Positions 25,820 through 38,087 of a stretch of DNA of 55,493 nucleotides are shown here, in pieces. A program made the translations under genes and the position numbers. Source of the stretch: Paraspadella gotoi (Eukaryota > Animalia > Chaetognatha). Each line of letters starts with the position of its first letter. The stretch's first letter is position 1. The notes beneath the pieces are model-generated. The model saw nothing but the letters and a program-made list of their open reading frames with translations, ran no database searches and was not told where the DNA came from. The stretch covers positions 5,071,869-5,127,361 of the forward strand of contig CM119267.1 of assembly GCA_051294375.1 (NCBI GenBank), given 5' to 3'.

Positions 25820-26450
25820 TCTTTTTCTCTTTCCTTTTTTTCTTCTTTCTTTTCCTTTACTTTTTCCTCAGTTTTTATTTCTTCTTTCCTTTTTTTCCTT
25901 TCTTTCCTTTACTTTTCCTCAGTTTCTTTATTTTCTTCTTTCCTTTTTTCTCCTTCTTTCCTTTACTTTTTCTCAGTTCTTTAATTTTCTTCTTTCCTTT
26001 TCTTTCATCCTTTCTTTTCCTTTACTTTTCCTCAGTTTCTATTTTCTTCTTCCTTTTTTTCTCCTTTCTTTCCTTTACTCTTTCCTCAGTTTCTTATTTT
26101 CTTCTTTCCTTTTTTTTCTCCTATTCTTTTCCTTACTCTTTCTCCAGTTTCTTATTTTCTTCTTTACTTTTTTTCTCCTTTCTTTTCCTTACTTTTTCCT
26201 CAGTTTCTTATTTCTCTTTCCTTTTTTTTCTCCTTTCTTTTCTTTACTGTTCCTCAGTTCCTTTATTTTGCTTTCCTTTTTTTATTTTTCTCCTCTTTTC
26301 CTTTACTTTTTCCTCAGTTTCTTGATTTTTCTTTCCTTTTCTCCTTTCTTTTACCTTTACTTTCCTCAGTTCTTTATTTCTCTTTCTTTTTTCCTCCCCT
26401 TTTAACTTTCCTCTCTTTTCTTCCGTGTTTTTTTCTATAATTTTCCCCTT
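25820..26450. repeat. ~55-bp polypyrimidine minisatellite (also 42800-43420, 51250-51770, 53330-54560)
   Basis: Unit ~TTTTCCTTTACTTTTCCTCAGTTTCTTTATTTTCTTCTTTCCTTTTTTTCTCCTTTC. The CAGTT core recurs every ~52-60 bp. Confidence 0.9.
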
Positions 26451-28865
26451 TTTACATTTTTCACGCATTATCCTCTCTCTTTTNNNNNNNNNNNNNNNNN
26501 NNNNNNNNAAGTTAAAACCATCGCAAAAACACACGGACTGATGAGTGAAAGCGCCTTATTGTGAAATGAAGAGAGCGTAAATTGAAAAGAACGGGAAAAA
26601 ATTGATTTTAAGAAAATAGAAGAAAAGAAAAGAAAAGAAAAGAAAAGAAAAGAAAAGAAAAGAAAAGAAAAGAAAAGAAAAGAAAAGAAAAGAAAAGAAA
26701 AGAAAAGAAAAAAAAAGAAATAAAAAGAAAAAAGAAAAGAAAAGAAAAGAGAAGTTATTGAGAGAAGAGATGCTTGGAAAGAAAAAGGAACGAAAGATAA
26801 GAGAGGTTATTGAGAGAAGAGAAGTTTGGAATGAAAAAGAAAAGAAAAGTGAGGACGGGGAGACAGAGAAAAGATAAAGCGTTTTCTTTTTTTTTTCTTT
26901 ATTTTCACGCGTTTAATTTCTAATTTTTTTATCATTGTTTATCTTCTTTTATCTCCATTTTATTTTTCTTATTTGTTATTTTTTCCCTTTGTTTGCTCTT
27001 TCATTCTTGCTTCATTTTCGTCTCAAATTAAAAAAAATTGTTTTCCTTTGATACTTTTCTCTCATTTTTTTCTCGTTCGATCGGCGAAGTCTTAATAAAA
27101 TATAGTAACGAAGAAAGGAAACGATAATATAAAGAAAAAAGAAAGAAGAAATTGGAAAGTAAAGGAAAGTAAGTATGAAGGATGAGATTAAAAATAAAAA
27201 TCGAAAAAGAAAGAAAAAATGAGAAAAAGAAAAAGAAAAAAGAAAAAAACGTTAAAATAGTTAAAGGTGTAGAAAGGAAAATACGAGAATCCTTTTTGTC
27301 TTGATTAAGGAAATCTGGAAAAAAAAACCTCTTTGAAAAACTGTCTCAACTTATAAAACGACCGCGAAGAAGAGAAAGAGGACGACGACGACGACAACAA
27401 CAACAACAATAAAAAAACACCTGTCGTTTGTCGATGGCAAAAACGCATCTTCTTTTTCCTCCGATCGGCGTTCACCGCCATTCAACTTAGCCAATCGGGG
27501 AAGGGAGTGACTGCCGTAAAAGAGACCCAGTAAACTGTAGTGACCAGTCAGATCGACCAAAAATGTAAAGAGAAAGAGAGAGAGAGGCGAGGCATCACAT
27601 TTTTCCTCTGGGTGTCTACCGCTCCATTTCTGCTCACGACAAGCTTAAAAATTTTTAATTTTTTTAACCAATAGTTAAAGTAGATTTTATAACTCGATAG
27701 TTGAAATAGATTTTTCAACTCCATTAGTTCAAAATTCGTGAAAGAACTTTTGTCGTAGCGAATTTTGAAGTCTAGAATAAGCAACAGCGCGTTGTGCTTA
27801 ATGACAGAGACGATAACTATTCCAAATCGATTTTTTAAAATAAGAATGACCCCGAAGAATTAAATGAAACCCTAGAAAGTAGTAATTTTTTATAGTTTGA
27901 ATCAATAGTTTAAGAAGGCTTTTCGTAGACACTGCCTATAACTCGAATCTCGACTCAACGGAATTAAAATTTTTCCTTCGTCTCTCCTCCTCTCTCCTCC
28001 CCCCTCCGCATTGGACCAATTTTTTTCCTCAAAAAAAAAAAAAAAAAAAAAAAAAAACTAAAGTCGAATATAAAAATATGAAACTAAACTAAACTATACA
28101 ACTTTCTAAAGAAATTAACAAGCGAAACAAAAAGACACTTTTCTCCCCTTCTCTGACGTCGATTATTTCTTTTTTTTGTTTCGACCAAGAATGAAATCTT
28201 AAAACTCAAACCCTAGACGCCAGAAGATAAGAAAAGACCCATTTGTTACTTGGAAAAATGTCAACTTCAAAAAAAATACCTCGACAGTTGTTATCACCCG
28301 CTCTCTACATCCCGGCAATCGACGTCGATCTTTTTTTCTCGCCCGTCCCCCCCCCACCTCGCCACCCAAAACAATAAAAACAAACTAAGAACAAAAATAG
28401 TTGCTCTCCCGAAAAAAATTAAATGCCAAAAATAAAGAAAAAAAAAGTTACATTCTCCCCTTACAAAAGATGAAATTTTTTTTCGCGGGCGAACTCACCG
28501 GGATCGCAGGTTTAACCCCTTAATTCTATTTCTCTCCTCTGTGTTCCTTATTTCTTTTGGATTTGACAAAATTCACCGACGTCAATCACCTTCGTTTCTA
28601 CCCCTCACCCAGCGTTAATCACACCCGCTCGCTGTCAAGAAACTCGAAAAGTTTTAAGTTTTTTCTTTTCGACTCTGGGAAACAAAAAAATTGACAAAAT
28701 TTCGTTCGTCACCTTTGATTCCGCTCTCCCCCCCGTTAGTCATCGCGGGCTCGGCCGTAAAAACAATTAAAAAAATTTCGCAAAAATAGATTTTGGCGAA
28801 AAACCTCTTCTTCCTCTCGATATCTCGTCAACTTGTCATCTTTCTCTCTCTCTCCTCTCTCTTCT

Positions 28866-28918
<53 letters not shown>

Positions 28919-29856
28919 GCCCCGTTAATCATCGCGCTCGTCTTTGATAAATCTCGAAAAAAAAACCTCTTTCTACGAACGAAACAAATAAACGCAGAAT
29001 AAGAAACTTTTCGAAGGACTTTTCCGTTTAAACCCACCTCCCTCAGAGGAATTCCCCAATCCTGATCTGCCCCATTTCTCCTCGGCGAATTCCCTCAACT
29101 CCGAGAGAAAAAGGTCCGGATTAGGATGAGAGCCGGACAAACTTTTCGACGCTCTTTAATTGTTCCTCTCCGTAGTCACACGGTTCATCGCCCAATGACA
29201 ATTGTCATCTTTTTGCCGGCTCTTGTCGATTGTTCATTTCTCTTGACAAACCAACCTGTAAGTCCGGATCGTCCCGTGACACCTATTCACCCCAAGCTGT
29301 GTCAGCTAACTGACAACAGTTGATCCATTTGTCAAAAAAATGTCGAGCTCAGTTTCTATAACAGTTAAACCCATCATTTAATCTTCTAATGCCATCTCTA
29401 ATCGCAAAATGATAACACAACTGACATAGCATTTAATGAATTCTCTTCCATTTCCGCTGGCGGAGTGCAAACGTCTCCCGAGCTCTACCGTTAGCCAGCA
29501 GCTGACGCCATCTCTAGCCAAATTTGCGTCTTTTTGTCACAGACGTAACTCAACGGCGTGTGCTTCGTTGTTGGTTTCTCTCCTCCCCCCCCTCAGCTCT
29601 CTTTCTTCTTTTTCTTCTATCTCATTACTGAAGGTCATTGTCTCGCAATTCCGGCGCTACTTGAAAGATCATCACGCCCACCCGATTGCAACCCGCTACA
29701 GCGACTCATTTAAGAACAAATTTGGTTGGGTCATTAAAAAAAAATGCTAATAAGTCCAATAAACCGATAATCAAAGCACTTAATTTTCGAGTATTTGAAA
29801 CCATTTTTTCTAAAGGACTCAGCACCCTTATTAAGGTTCATCTTATTACACTGTTA

Positions 29857-29980
29857 AACATTTCAGTTATTGACTTAAAGCTACCTTTAACAGCCCAGTT
29901 TATCACCATATCAGTACAACATTTCAGTTATTACTTAAGCTACCTTTACAGCCCCAGCTTATCACCAGCTATCAGTACAA
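29857..29980. repeat. ~61-bp tandem duplication (2 units)
   Basis: aacatttcagttatt(g)actta(a)agctaccttta(a)cagccc..ttatcacca..tatcagtac occurs twice in tandem. Confidence 0.85.
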
Positions 29981-30029
29981 AATTATCAATAATTCTATTC
30001 TAATACTTTCCACAATTTCGTTCGTTTTT

Positions 30030-32900
30030 AGTGTGCACATTTGGAAATAAACAAATTTGTTTAGAAGCAAGATTCAAAAGCCTCCTTTGTCCATAACTGT
30101 TAGGTCATTTTACAGAAAACAGAACATTTAATTCCTGCCACTCAACTCAAACATATTGCCATTTTCTTATATTATTACAAAAAACAAACTAGTCAAAGTT
30201 AAAATTACCAAGTTTTGTAGTCAACGCTAACAAACTGCACAATAACAATATGGCATAACTCTCTAAAATCAAAAACCAAATCTTTTTAGGGCCCAAAAGA
30301 CTTTTTCCTTGGTTTGTAATAATGATTACTCATGCTTTGCTGAATTACTCAAGCACTCAAGACCTTTTGTGAACTTTCTTTCAAGAGGACTGTGCCTGAG
30401 CAGTATCGCTGCACAGAACAGCTCTTCTCTTACATGTCTCACCCAAAGCACATATGGGCCTCCGAACGTTCTTCATGATAATTTGCAGCCAAGATGGTTC
30501 TGACAGGAAACAACCATCACTCACAGAAATCTTTCTGAGATTATTGAGCTATTTGACTTTTTGATCACAAATGTTTATCCATGTGTCATGAGATCTTCAA
30601 CAAAATGGGGATATGAAAGGAAAAAGAAGACCAGCAGAATTCATGTTGCCGCTTAGACAAGATGTTATTTTGCTTACAGCAAGGAATTGAGACTGCCACA
30701 CTTATCCAGTATGTCAGGATACGCAAGATCAGAACAGGTTCATATGAAGGTGGAAATTTTCCAAAATGGATAGCTGATAAACCTTTAGAAATTTTTTGGC
30801 GACCTTTAAACGACATGTCCTCACGTGCAAACAGTATCTAAAATAGAGAAGAAAAGAAAGAAAGACTTGATTAAAACCACAGCACCAGAGATCCTAACCC
30901 AACCCAAGCAAAAACAGCAACAGCATATTTCTTACAAAGCCCGTCCTATCTCAAAACCCTTCCCTCATGCGTTTATTCACAGGCCCAGTCTTTTATGCAG
31001 GGGAAATCAAAGAACAAAGCTATCACAGCAAACGAGTATGCTCCACCATCACAGCAGCCTAAAAGATCGCCTGAACCAGAGTTAAAAGCTGATAAGGCTA
31101 TGACAAACAAACCCAGGCTACCAACAGCCAAATGTACAATTAGGATAAAGTCTCCAAACATTAGCAATGTGGAGACAAGAATTTGGTTTTTCAGATCCAG
31201 ACTAAACCCCCTAACTAAAGCCTTTCCGCGCAAAAACAAAGATCAGAGGGATCCAAACTATAGAATGAGTTACGTAGAAGATCACTGATCATAAAGCAGG
31301 TTAAGCTTTAAAGAATAAAGAAAGGGTCGAACCACCGTTCAGCAAAGTGTGACAGGACCACTGAAAGAATTTTCAAGAGCACACAAAAACTACCTGTCGC
31401 TACAAAGGGATATAAGGGTTATAGACAGCGCACATCTCCAAACCACAAAATCCCAGTCTTTCAAAAGCTAACTTCAGAACATTCTCTCTTAGCCTTATTG
31501 ACATGGGTCCAATTGAAACCATAGTCCAATATCTTGACCTAAACCTGCAACAACGAGTTGTAGCAGTCGCCACTTTTTTTAGCAGAATTCTTGGCCAGGA
31601 TTTGCACGACGGACTAAGCCCAGGCTTAGCATCCAGCTACACAGCAAACTGATGAGATGCTTCATGTTTGTTAATTATGTGTAATAAAAATGAATCAGAC
31701 AATTGATGAAGTCTACACTAGCCCACCTGGAGTGGCAACAATTTGTAAAAGTGAGAGATGTGCGAGGGCTCTCAAGGAACTTAGTTTTTACTTGGAAATT
31801 TATCGTCTGTTAGGCATTCACAATCAGGCACAATAGAGGAGCAGAGCAAGCCCTTGTTGCAATCTGGTACCACTGGTGAGACCAGGTGATTGGCCTTTGC
31901 GAACACCAAACCCCTGGACAGAAAACATGGTCCGTGTTCATTGCTCCTGCCCTCATCAAAATAGCAATAAAACATTAAGGCACCACTTCAAGCAATTGAT
32001 TTTTCCAGAACAAATGTAGGTCAGCGGGCCACCTTGGAATCTGGCATTGGTGACATTACGGACCGCGAGACGTCGTTCCAAACAGTGCCACACATTCAAC
32101 CATGCTTTTCTGTTCATTAAAGACACCGCCAAACACACGGATTTTGGTAGCTACATTCAAACTTTGATTCATGAGGCAGGCAAAAGCCCTCACTTTTCAG
32201 TGATACATGAATGAGTCATTAAGCTCCATAGAACTCAGATTTCTTATTTTGACAAAATGTTTGGAATTCAACATTTACCCTATGAGGAGAACAATGCCCT
32301 GCTCCATTCTTCATTCTAAATGCTCTATGAATAGTCCATAGAATTCATCTTTTGCCTCTCAAAGTGACAATTTCAAGCTGTAAACTTAATGGATGAACAT
32401 TTAGAGCTGGAATTTCTCATCTTGAGAGGCGCATGATGACAAGTTTGCCTTTTAGCGTCTGCTCTAAGTTTTTGCAATGCTCGCTACCGACGGCTTCTGT
32501 GTTTATAGTCATGAAGTTTCATTCTTATCTTATTCCTTTTAGCTTTTACTTGTGAGAGCAATAGCTTTTGTTTTTGTAATTGTTTGTTTGTCTGTTAAAT
32601 TGGAGAATAATTTCGCCCGAACGTCGTGACTTTCGTCCTTCCGATTCTAGCCATCAATCCGCCACAAGCCGAGCACACCAGCCTGCTATCACAAAGACCA
32701 CAAAAGAATCCCTCACCCTCTGAATGCCCAAATAACGTCCTGGTTTGAACTTGTGTCCCCATGTTGCACTGTATTGATATCTGTTTTTGCCGCTCCTCAC
32801 TAAAGACGAAAAGACCGAACACTGCCGCCATAAAGGCTGGAGGTAGCCTTGCTAACATTAGCTTCTTGTGGATCGGCCGAGGAATAGCTTCATAGTTTAT
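30030..32900 (-). mobile_element. Highly decayed non-LTR retrotransposon (CR1/L2-like LINE)
   Basis: Minus-strand motif remnants occur in LINE order: ORF1-like RIG..PI (~32600-32650); APE-like CITEK* (~32190-32208, cf. ITETW) and GGV; RT-like SYEPVLILRIL...CKQNNILSKRQHEF (ORF 30586-30816, cf. NYRPISLL...NNILS..QHGF); QG.SLLGP..FLI (~30270-30315, cf. PQGSVLGP.LF); and NDL (~30100). Microsatellite-free. Boundaries approximate. Confidence 0.6.
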
Positions 32901-34592
32901 CAAACTCTTCTCTGCCCACAACCGCTAGGACAAAAATAAAAAGAAAAAGAATAAATAAAAAAATTATAGTAGCTATTTTTTTTAATTTTCATTATATCAT
33001 CCTGTTTTTGCTTTTTACCGCTTGATGATTTATAATTTGAGCTTGAAATTCACAACACGCTTATAAGTATGATCGATTACTGTTTTTTTCTAAATGCTGG
33101 ATAATTAATGGACGTTCTAATGTACTCTTTTTTTTTTTCCCATAACATCCAAATATATTATTTAAATTTTCGATCATTGTATTTGCGGTCTACTGATGAC
33201 TGGCCATTTTTTCTTACAGTGATTCTTTTCAGATATTTAGTTACAATTTTTTTACATCAGCCTTATTGAGTTTTTGGTTACTAACTGACATTTTACATTT
33301 TATTTTTCCTAGAGCTGATGGAATCTTAATGGAATGTTATTTCATTTTTTATACTCTTTTCTGTTATATTCCATCATATTTTGCCTCACTGTTGATTCCA
33401 TTACCTCCAACACATTCCTTTAAATTTTTCTGTAAATATTTTTCACATCAGCTCTAATTCAACAAGTTCATCTCTACTTAGTATTAGAAGATTTTTTTTA
33501 CAGATGATGATATATTGAATTTCTGTTTATTTTTTTTACTTTTTCAAATGTCATCAAGCGATTCACGTATTCCTTATCTATCACGATTACCTTATAGATT
33601 ATCCACCCCCAAGTCAATGGTTAGCCCTCTCTGTAACTGTCCAGTCAAAGAGTCCCTTCCCAAGAGTCTCAGTTAGACGTTGTTAATTCCTCTCCCCAGC
33701 CTTAGTATCCAACACGATGCCAACTTCAGTGACATTCGAGGTCACAGTTGCTGACATCTTTTTCCAAGAGGAGGGCACTCGTAATCCTCATCCTCCTCTT
33801 CCCCCCCTCTCCCGAGGATCCGTCCACCTTTAAGTTCACTCCTCCGCGTTTTCTCGACGTTTCTACTAATCTTCCTTCTATTTCTAATTACTATTCCGGC
33901 CCAGGACTTTTCTCAATAAACACTACCGATATAGAGCAGAATACCGTAGGTCTTCCTTCTTCATGAGAATGAAATTGGAAGTAAAGGAAAGACCAAAGCT
34001 ATTAGAAGATGAGATTAAAAATAAAAATCGAAAAAAGAAAGAAAAAGCAGAAAAAGAAAAGAAAAAAGAAAAAAAAACGTTAAAATAGTTAAAGGTGTAG
34101 AAAGGAAAATACGAGGAATCCTTTTTGTCTTGATATAGGAAAATCTGGAAAAAAAAAATCCTCTTTGAAAAACTGTCTCAACTTATAAAACGACCGCGCA
34201 AGAAGAGCAGAAAGAGGGACCGACTGACGACAACAACAACAAAAAATAAAAAAAACACTGTCGCCCTTCTTTGTCGATGGCAAAAACGCATCTTCTTTTT
34301 CCTCCGATCAGCGGCGTTCACCGCCATTCAACTTAGCCGAATCGGGAAGGGGTTTTGTTTGTTCGATTTTATCTATAAAATAAGTTCCTCCTTTCTCTCC
34401 GTAATGGGTTTTCAGTTTGAAAATAAAACAAATGTGAGAGAGAAGAGAGAGGTGAGAGACAGGAGCAACGAACGAAAGCGAAACGACCCGAGAGACCCGA
34501 CGAGAGAGAAGACGAGAGAGAGACCGAAGAGAGACGAGACGAGAGAGAGAGAGTAAGTAAACTTCATCGGTTTCTATCTAACACTCTCTCAC

Positions 34593-34643
<51 letters not shown>

Positions 34644-34773
34644 TACCTCTCTACTACCTAATCTCTCTCCTCTCTCTCTTTCGCGCAGAACAATCGCGGA
34701 AATTTTAGTTTTTCCTCCTATCTTTTTTTTTTTTCAAACGATCATTTANNNNNNNNNNNNNNNNNNNNNNNNN

Positions 34774-34848
34774 TGAAGGTTTTGTTCATACTATAAAAAT
34801 CCTCCTTTTCTCTCCGTAATTGGTTTTCAGTTTGAAAATAAACAAAGT

Positions 34849-34895
<47 letters not shown>

Positions 34896-35006
34896 GAGAG
34901 GAGAGAGAGAGGACAAGAGCAGAGAGATAGAAGAGTAAGTAAACTTCATCGGTGTGTTCTACACTCCTCATTCTCTCTCTCTCTCTCTCTCTCTCCTCTT
35001 CTCTCT

Positions 35007-35054
<48 letters not shown>

Positions 35055-35406
35055 CTCTCTTCCTTTTCCCTCCTTTTTTTTTTCCCCTCCCTTCCTTTTC
35101 CTTTTCTCTCTTCGCCAAACAATCGCGGAAATTTTAGTTCTTTCTCTATCTTTTTTTTTTTCAAACGATATTTATCATGCGCATAAAACGTCGCATATCT
35201 GCAGGAGAGCAGCAACGAGGACAACAACGACAACAACAACAACGAAATACGGATGATAGAAAAAAAATGGCAGCGAAAATTGGGAGAGGAGAAAAAAAGA
35301 GGAATGAAAAAAAAATTAAAAAATTAAGATCGATAAATGTATTTTTGTTATTTAATTTTATCTCTTTCGCGCCAAATCCTTTTCAAAAACATATAAACAG
35401 GGCTGG

Positions 35407-35467
<61 letters not shown>

Positions 35468-36221
35468 ACCCGAGGTCTACACCAGCAAGGCGCGGACCCT
35501 AAAGGTTACTCGTTACCATAATCAGTAAGCGGAGCCAAAATTTGAACACTTTTATAACTTTAATTACTCAAAAAAATTTCCTTTTTTCCTTCTATACTAA
35601 ACATTTTCAATGCAAACTTGTTGGAATTACGTTCATTGGGTGTCTGCACTGAAGCCTTTTAAATATTATATAAATATAACAAATGACAAAAATTTTTTTA
35701 AAAAAGTAGTTTTTAAGAACGGATGTCCTATAAGCTTTGAAAAGTTAAATGAATTAGTACTACAATTATTTTAAAATTTTGACAAGAAATTGCGTTTAAA
35801 AACAGAAAAAAAACGTTAAAAAATCATCTCATCATCACATGGCTGAATTTCTAGTTTTTTAAAATTTTTATCAATAAAACAAAAAATTTTTAAAATTTGT
35901 ATTAATAACCTTTATCTAAACTTTTAAAGCTCTATCAGAAATCATTAAAAAAATGAAAAATTAAAAAAAAATTTTTAACGAAAAAATATATATTATCAGT
36001 AATAAAATAATCTTTAAATGCTCCGTCGCTTATTAATAAGATAATTTTTTAAAATATTTTTATTCATATTCTACAGTCACTTTATCTATTATTTATGAGA
36101 GAACTTCTAGTTTTCAACCTTTCCGGCCTAATAATCAGTCAAAGATCGAGCAAGCGACGCGAAATGACTCACAAAGAGAAGAGAGAGACGAGAGAGAGAG
36201 AAGAGAGGAAGAGAGAGAGCC

Positions 36222-36259
<38 letters not shown>

Positions 36260-38047
36260 AGACAATAGAGAGAGACGAGAGAACGTTTTCTGGAGTTAGG
36301 AATGGGAAAAAACCCTCGTCTTCGCTTCAGGCGCTGAATTTTGTTATCCTCGTCATATTCTCATAGTGTATACGTACTAGTTTTTATTTAGCGTTTAAAG
36401 ATCCGGCCTCGCAAATATAATCTGGTCGATCTATCAGCACTTTGTAGTTCGTTGGTCTTTCGATCAGTTCCGGTGTTCAATCAGAAAGATACCGCGAGTA
36501 TGTTGGACGTTGCCGCTGTTAAAACGTTTCCAATTGGAACTGTGTGTGTATGGTAACTAAATGGTGATATTCTAAATTGCGTCATTGACAATTGGTTTCT
36601 TAATCTTGCTTCGACATCGACATAAGTTGTTTAAAATATCTGGAAATTGCTGACAATATTTCGTTTAAAAAGGTTTATAAATGATATTCTAAACAATCAA
36701 CGCGATATTAAATAGAATTATTAAAGGATTAATAAATTAATATTCTCTTTTTAAAATTAAAGGCCGATTTTTTTTTTAAATTTAAATAGCAGAATTTCAT
36801 TTTCCCGCCGATTTGTTTCGTTTCTAATGGATTTTTCGTCTCCGAGCGTTGCTCTTTTTTTTTGTTCGACACTCATTCATCATTCCTTTTGTTCAACAAA
36901 AACAAGCAACCTGATCTCTTCCTCGCCGCCAAGTTCTCGCTCGGCGTTGTCAATGGCGTTCGTTGTTTATTCAATAGCGTCTCATTTTGTTTTTTTCGCA
37001 CCAGGTCATTGACGATAGCGTTGTATCGCAAGACGACGTTTTGTTCTCGCCACAAAAGATATCAAAGCCAAGCAAATGTACTTGCCCTTTCATTTGATGT
37101 CGTTTATGTCAAAAGTCTTAAATGTCATTGCAAAAGATATTCTTTGTCTCTCCATTGATTTGTATTTGACGTCATGACGACGCCTGGCATTTCTAAGAAA
37201 TCGCGTTTCTCTCGTCTCCAGTTTTTTTTTTTTTTAAATTTTCGCCAAAATCTTTTTATACTCTTTTTCTTTGGAAGCTTCTTCTCTACGTCTTTGTTGT
37301 TGTTGTTGTTGTTCGTTGTAGTGTTCCACTTTCGCGGTTCATTGTTCGTCATCGTCGTTGTTTTTTATCGTCGTTCCGTCACCACCCGTCAATAGATAAG
37401 TTTTGTTGTTGGAAATATTTTGTAATTTTTAATTTTTAAATTTTTATTTAATTAGCCCCTTTTCAAATCTTTTAACGACTCTCGTTAATCGGTTAAAATT
37501 TTTTATTCTTGTATAAAAACCATATTAAAAACATGCGCGTGTCAAGAATTAAATTCGAACCCAAAACTGTAAAAAAAAAATTAATTTGAAATCAAATAAA
37601 AACTAGTAAATCGAATCTGTGATCCCTCGCCTGCGATATCAGGCCCAAAAAAATTTTGGTCTTAAAAAATGTTGAAAGTGAGAAAAGAAAGAAACAAACC
37701 CGACAAGAGTGCGAGTGGACGAAATACATTCTCATTAGAATTCATTCAAAAGTCTTCCGACTCTCAGATCCTTTTCTTTTCCTTAGTTTCTTTACTTTTC
37801 TTTTCTTTCCTTATTTTTTTTTGCTCTTCGCCTTGTTTTTATACTTTCAGTTCCAATTTCTCCGTTGACAAACAGGAGACCGGCGCGCCTACCTTCAACA
37901 TTCCTCTCGCCCGCCACCAATATCTTCGCCCTCATCTACCGTCTCACATTCAAACACGTCATCGAAATCGTCTCCGTCAGTGACCCTCTCTCATCTCTGA
38001 AACTGCTCATCTCTCTCTCTCTCCTCATCGCTTCTCTCTTCTCTCTC

Positions 38048-38087
<40 letters not shown>

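Larger units (their letters stand above)
17948..26483. repeat. ~8.5-kb repeated unit, copy A (contains the NAT16-like gene)
   Basis: Collinear with 34774-43459 (B), 43460-51804 (C) and partly 51830-54450 (D). Identical ORFs appear in the track at offset 16976. Confidence 0.97.

Noticed and set aside
27611-27932. MITE defined by gtgtctac/gtagacac ends with an internal 11-bp hairpin (ttcaaaattcg/cgaattttgaa)
   Set aside because: Terminal match is only 8 bp, with no target-site duplication or second copy.
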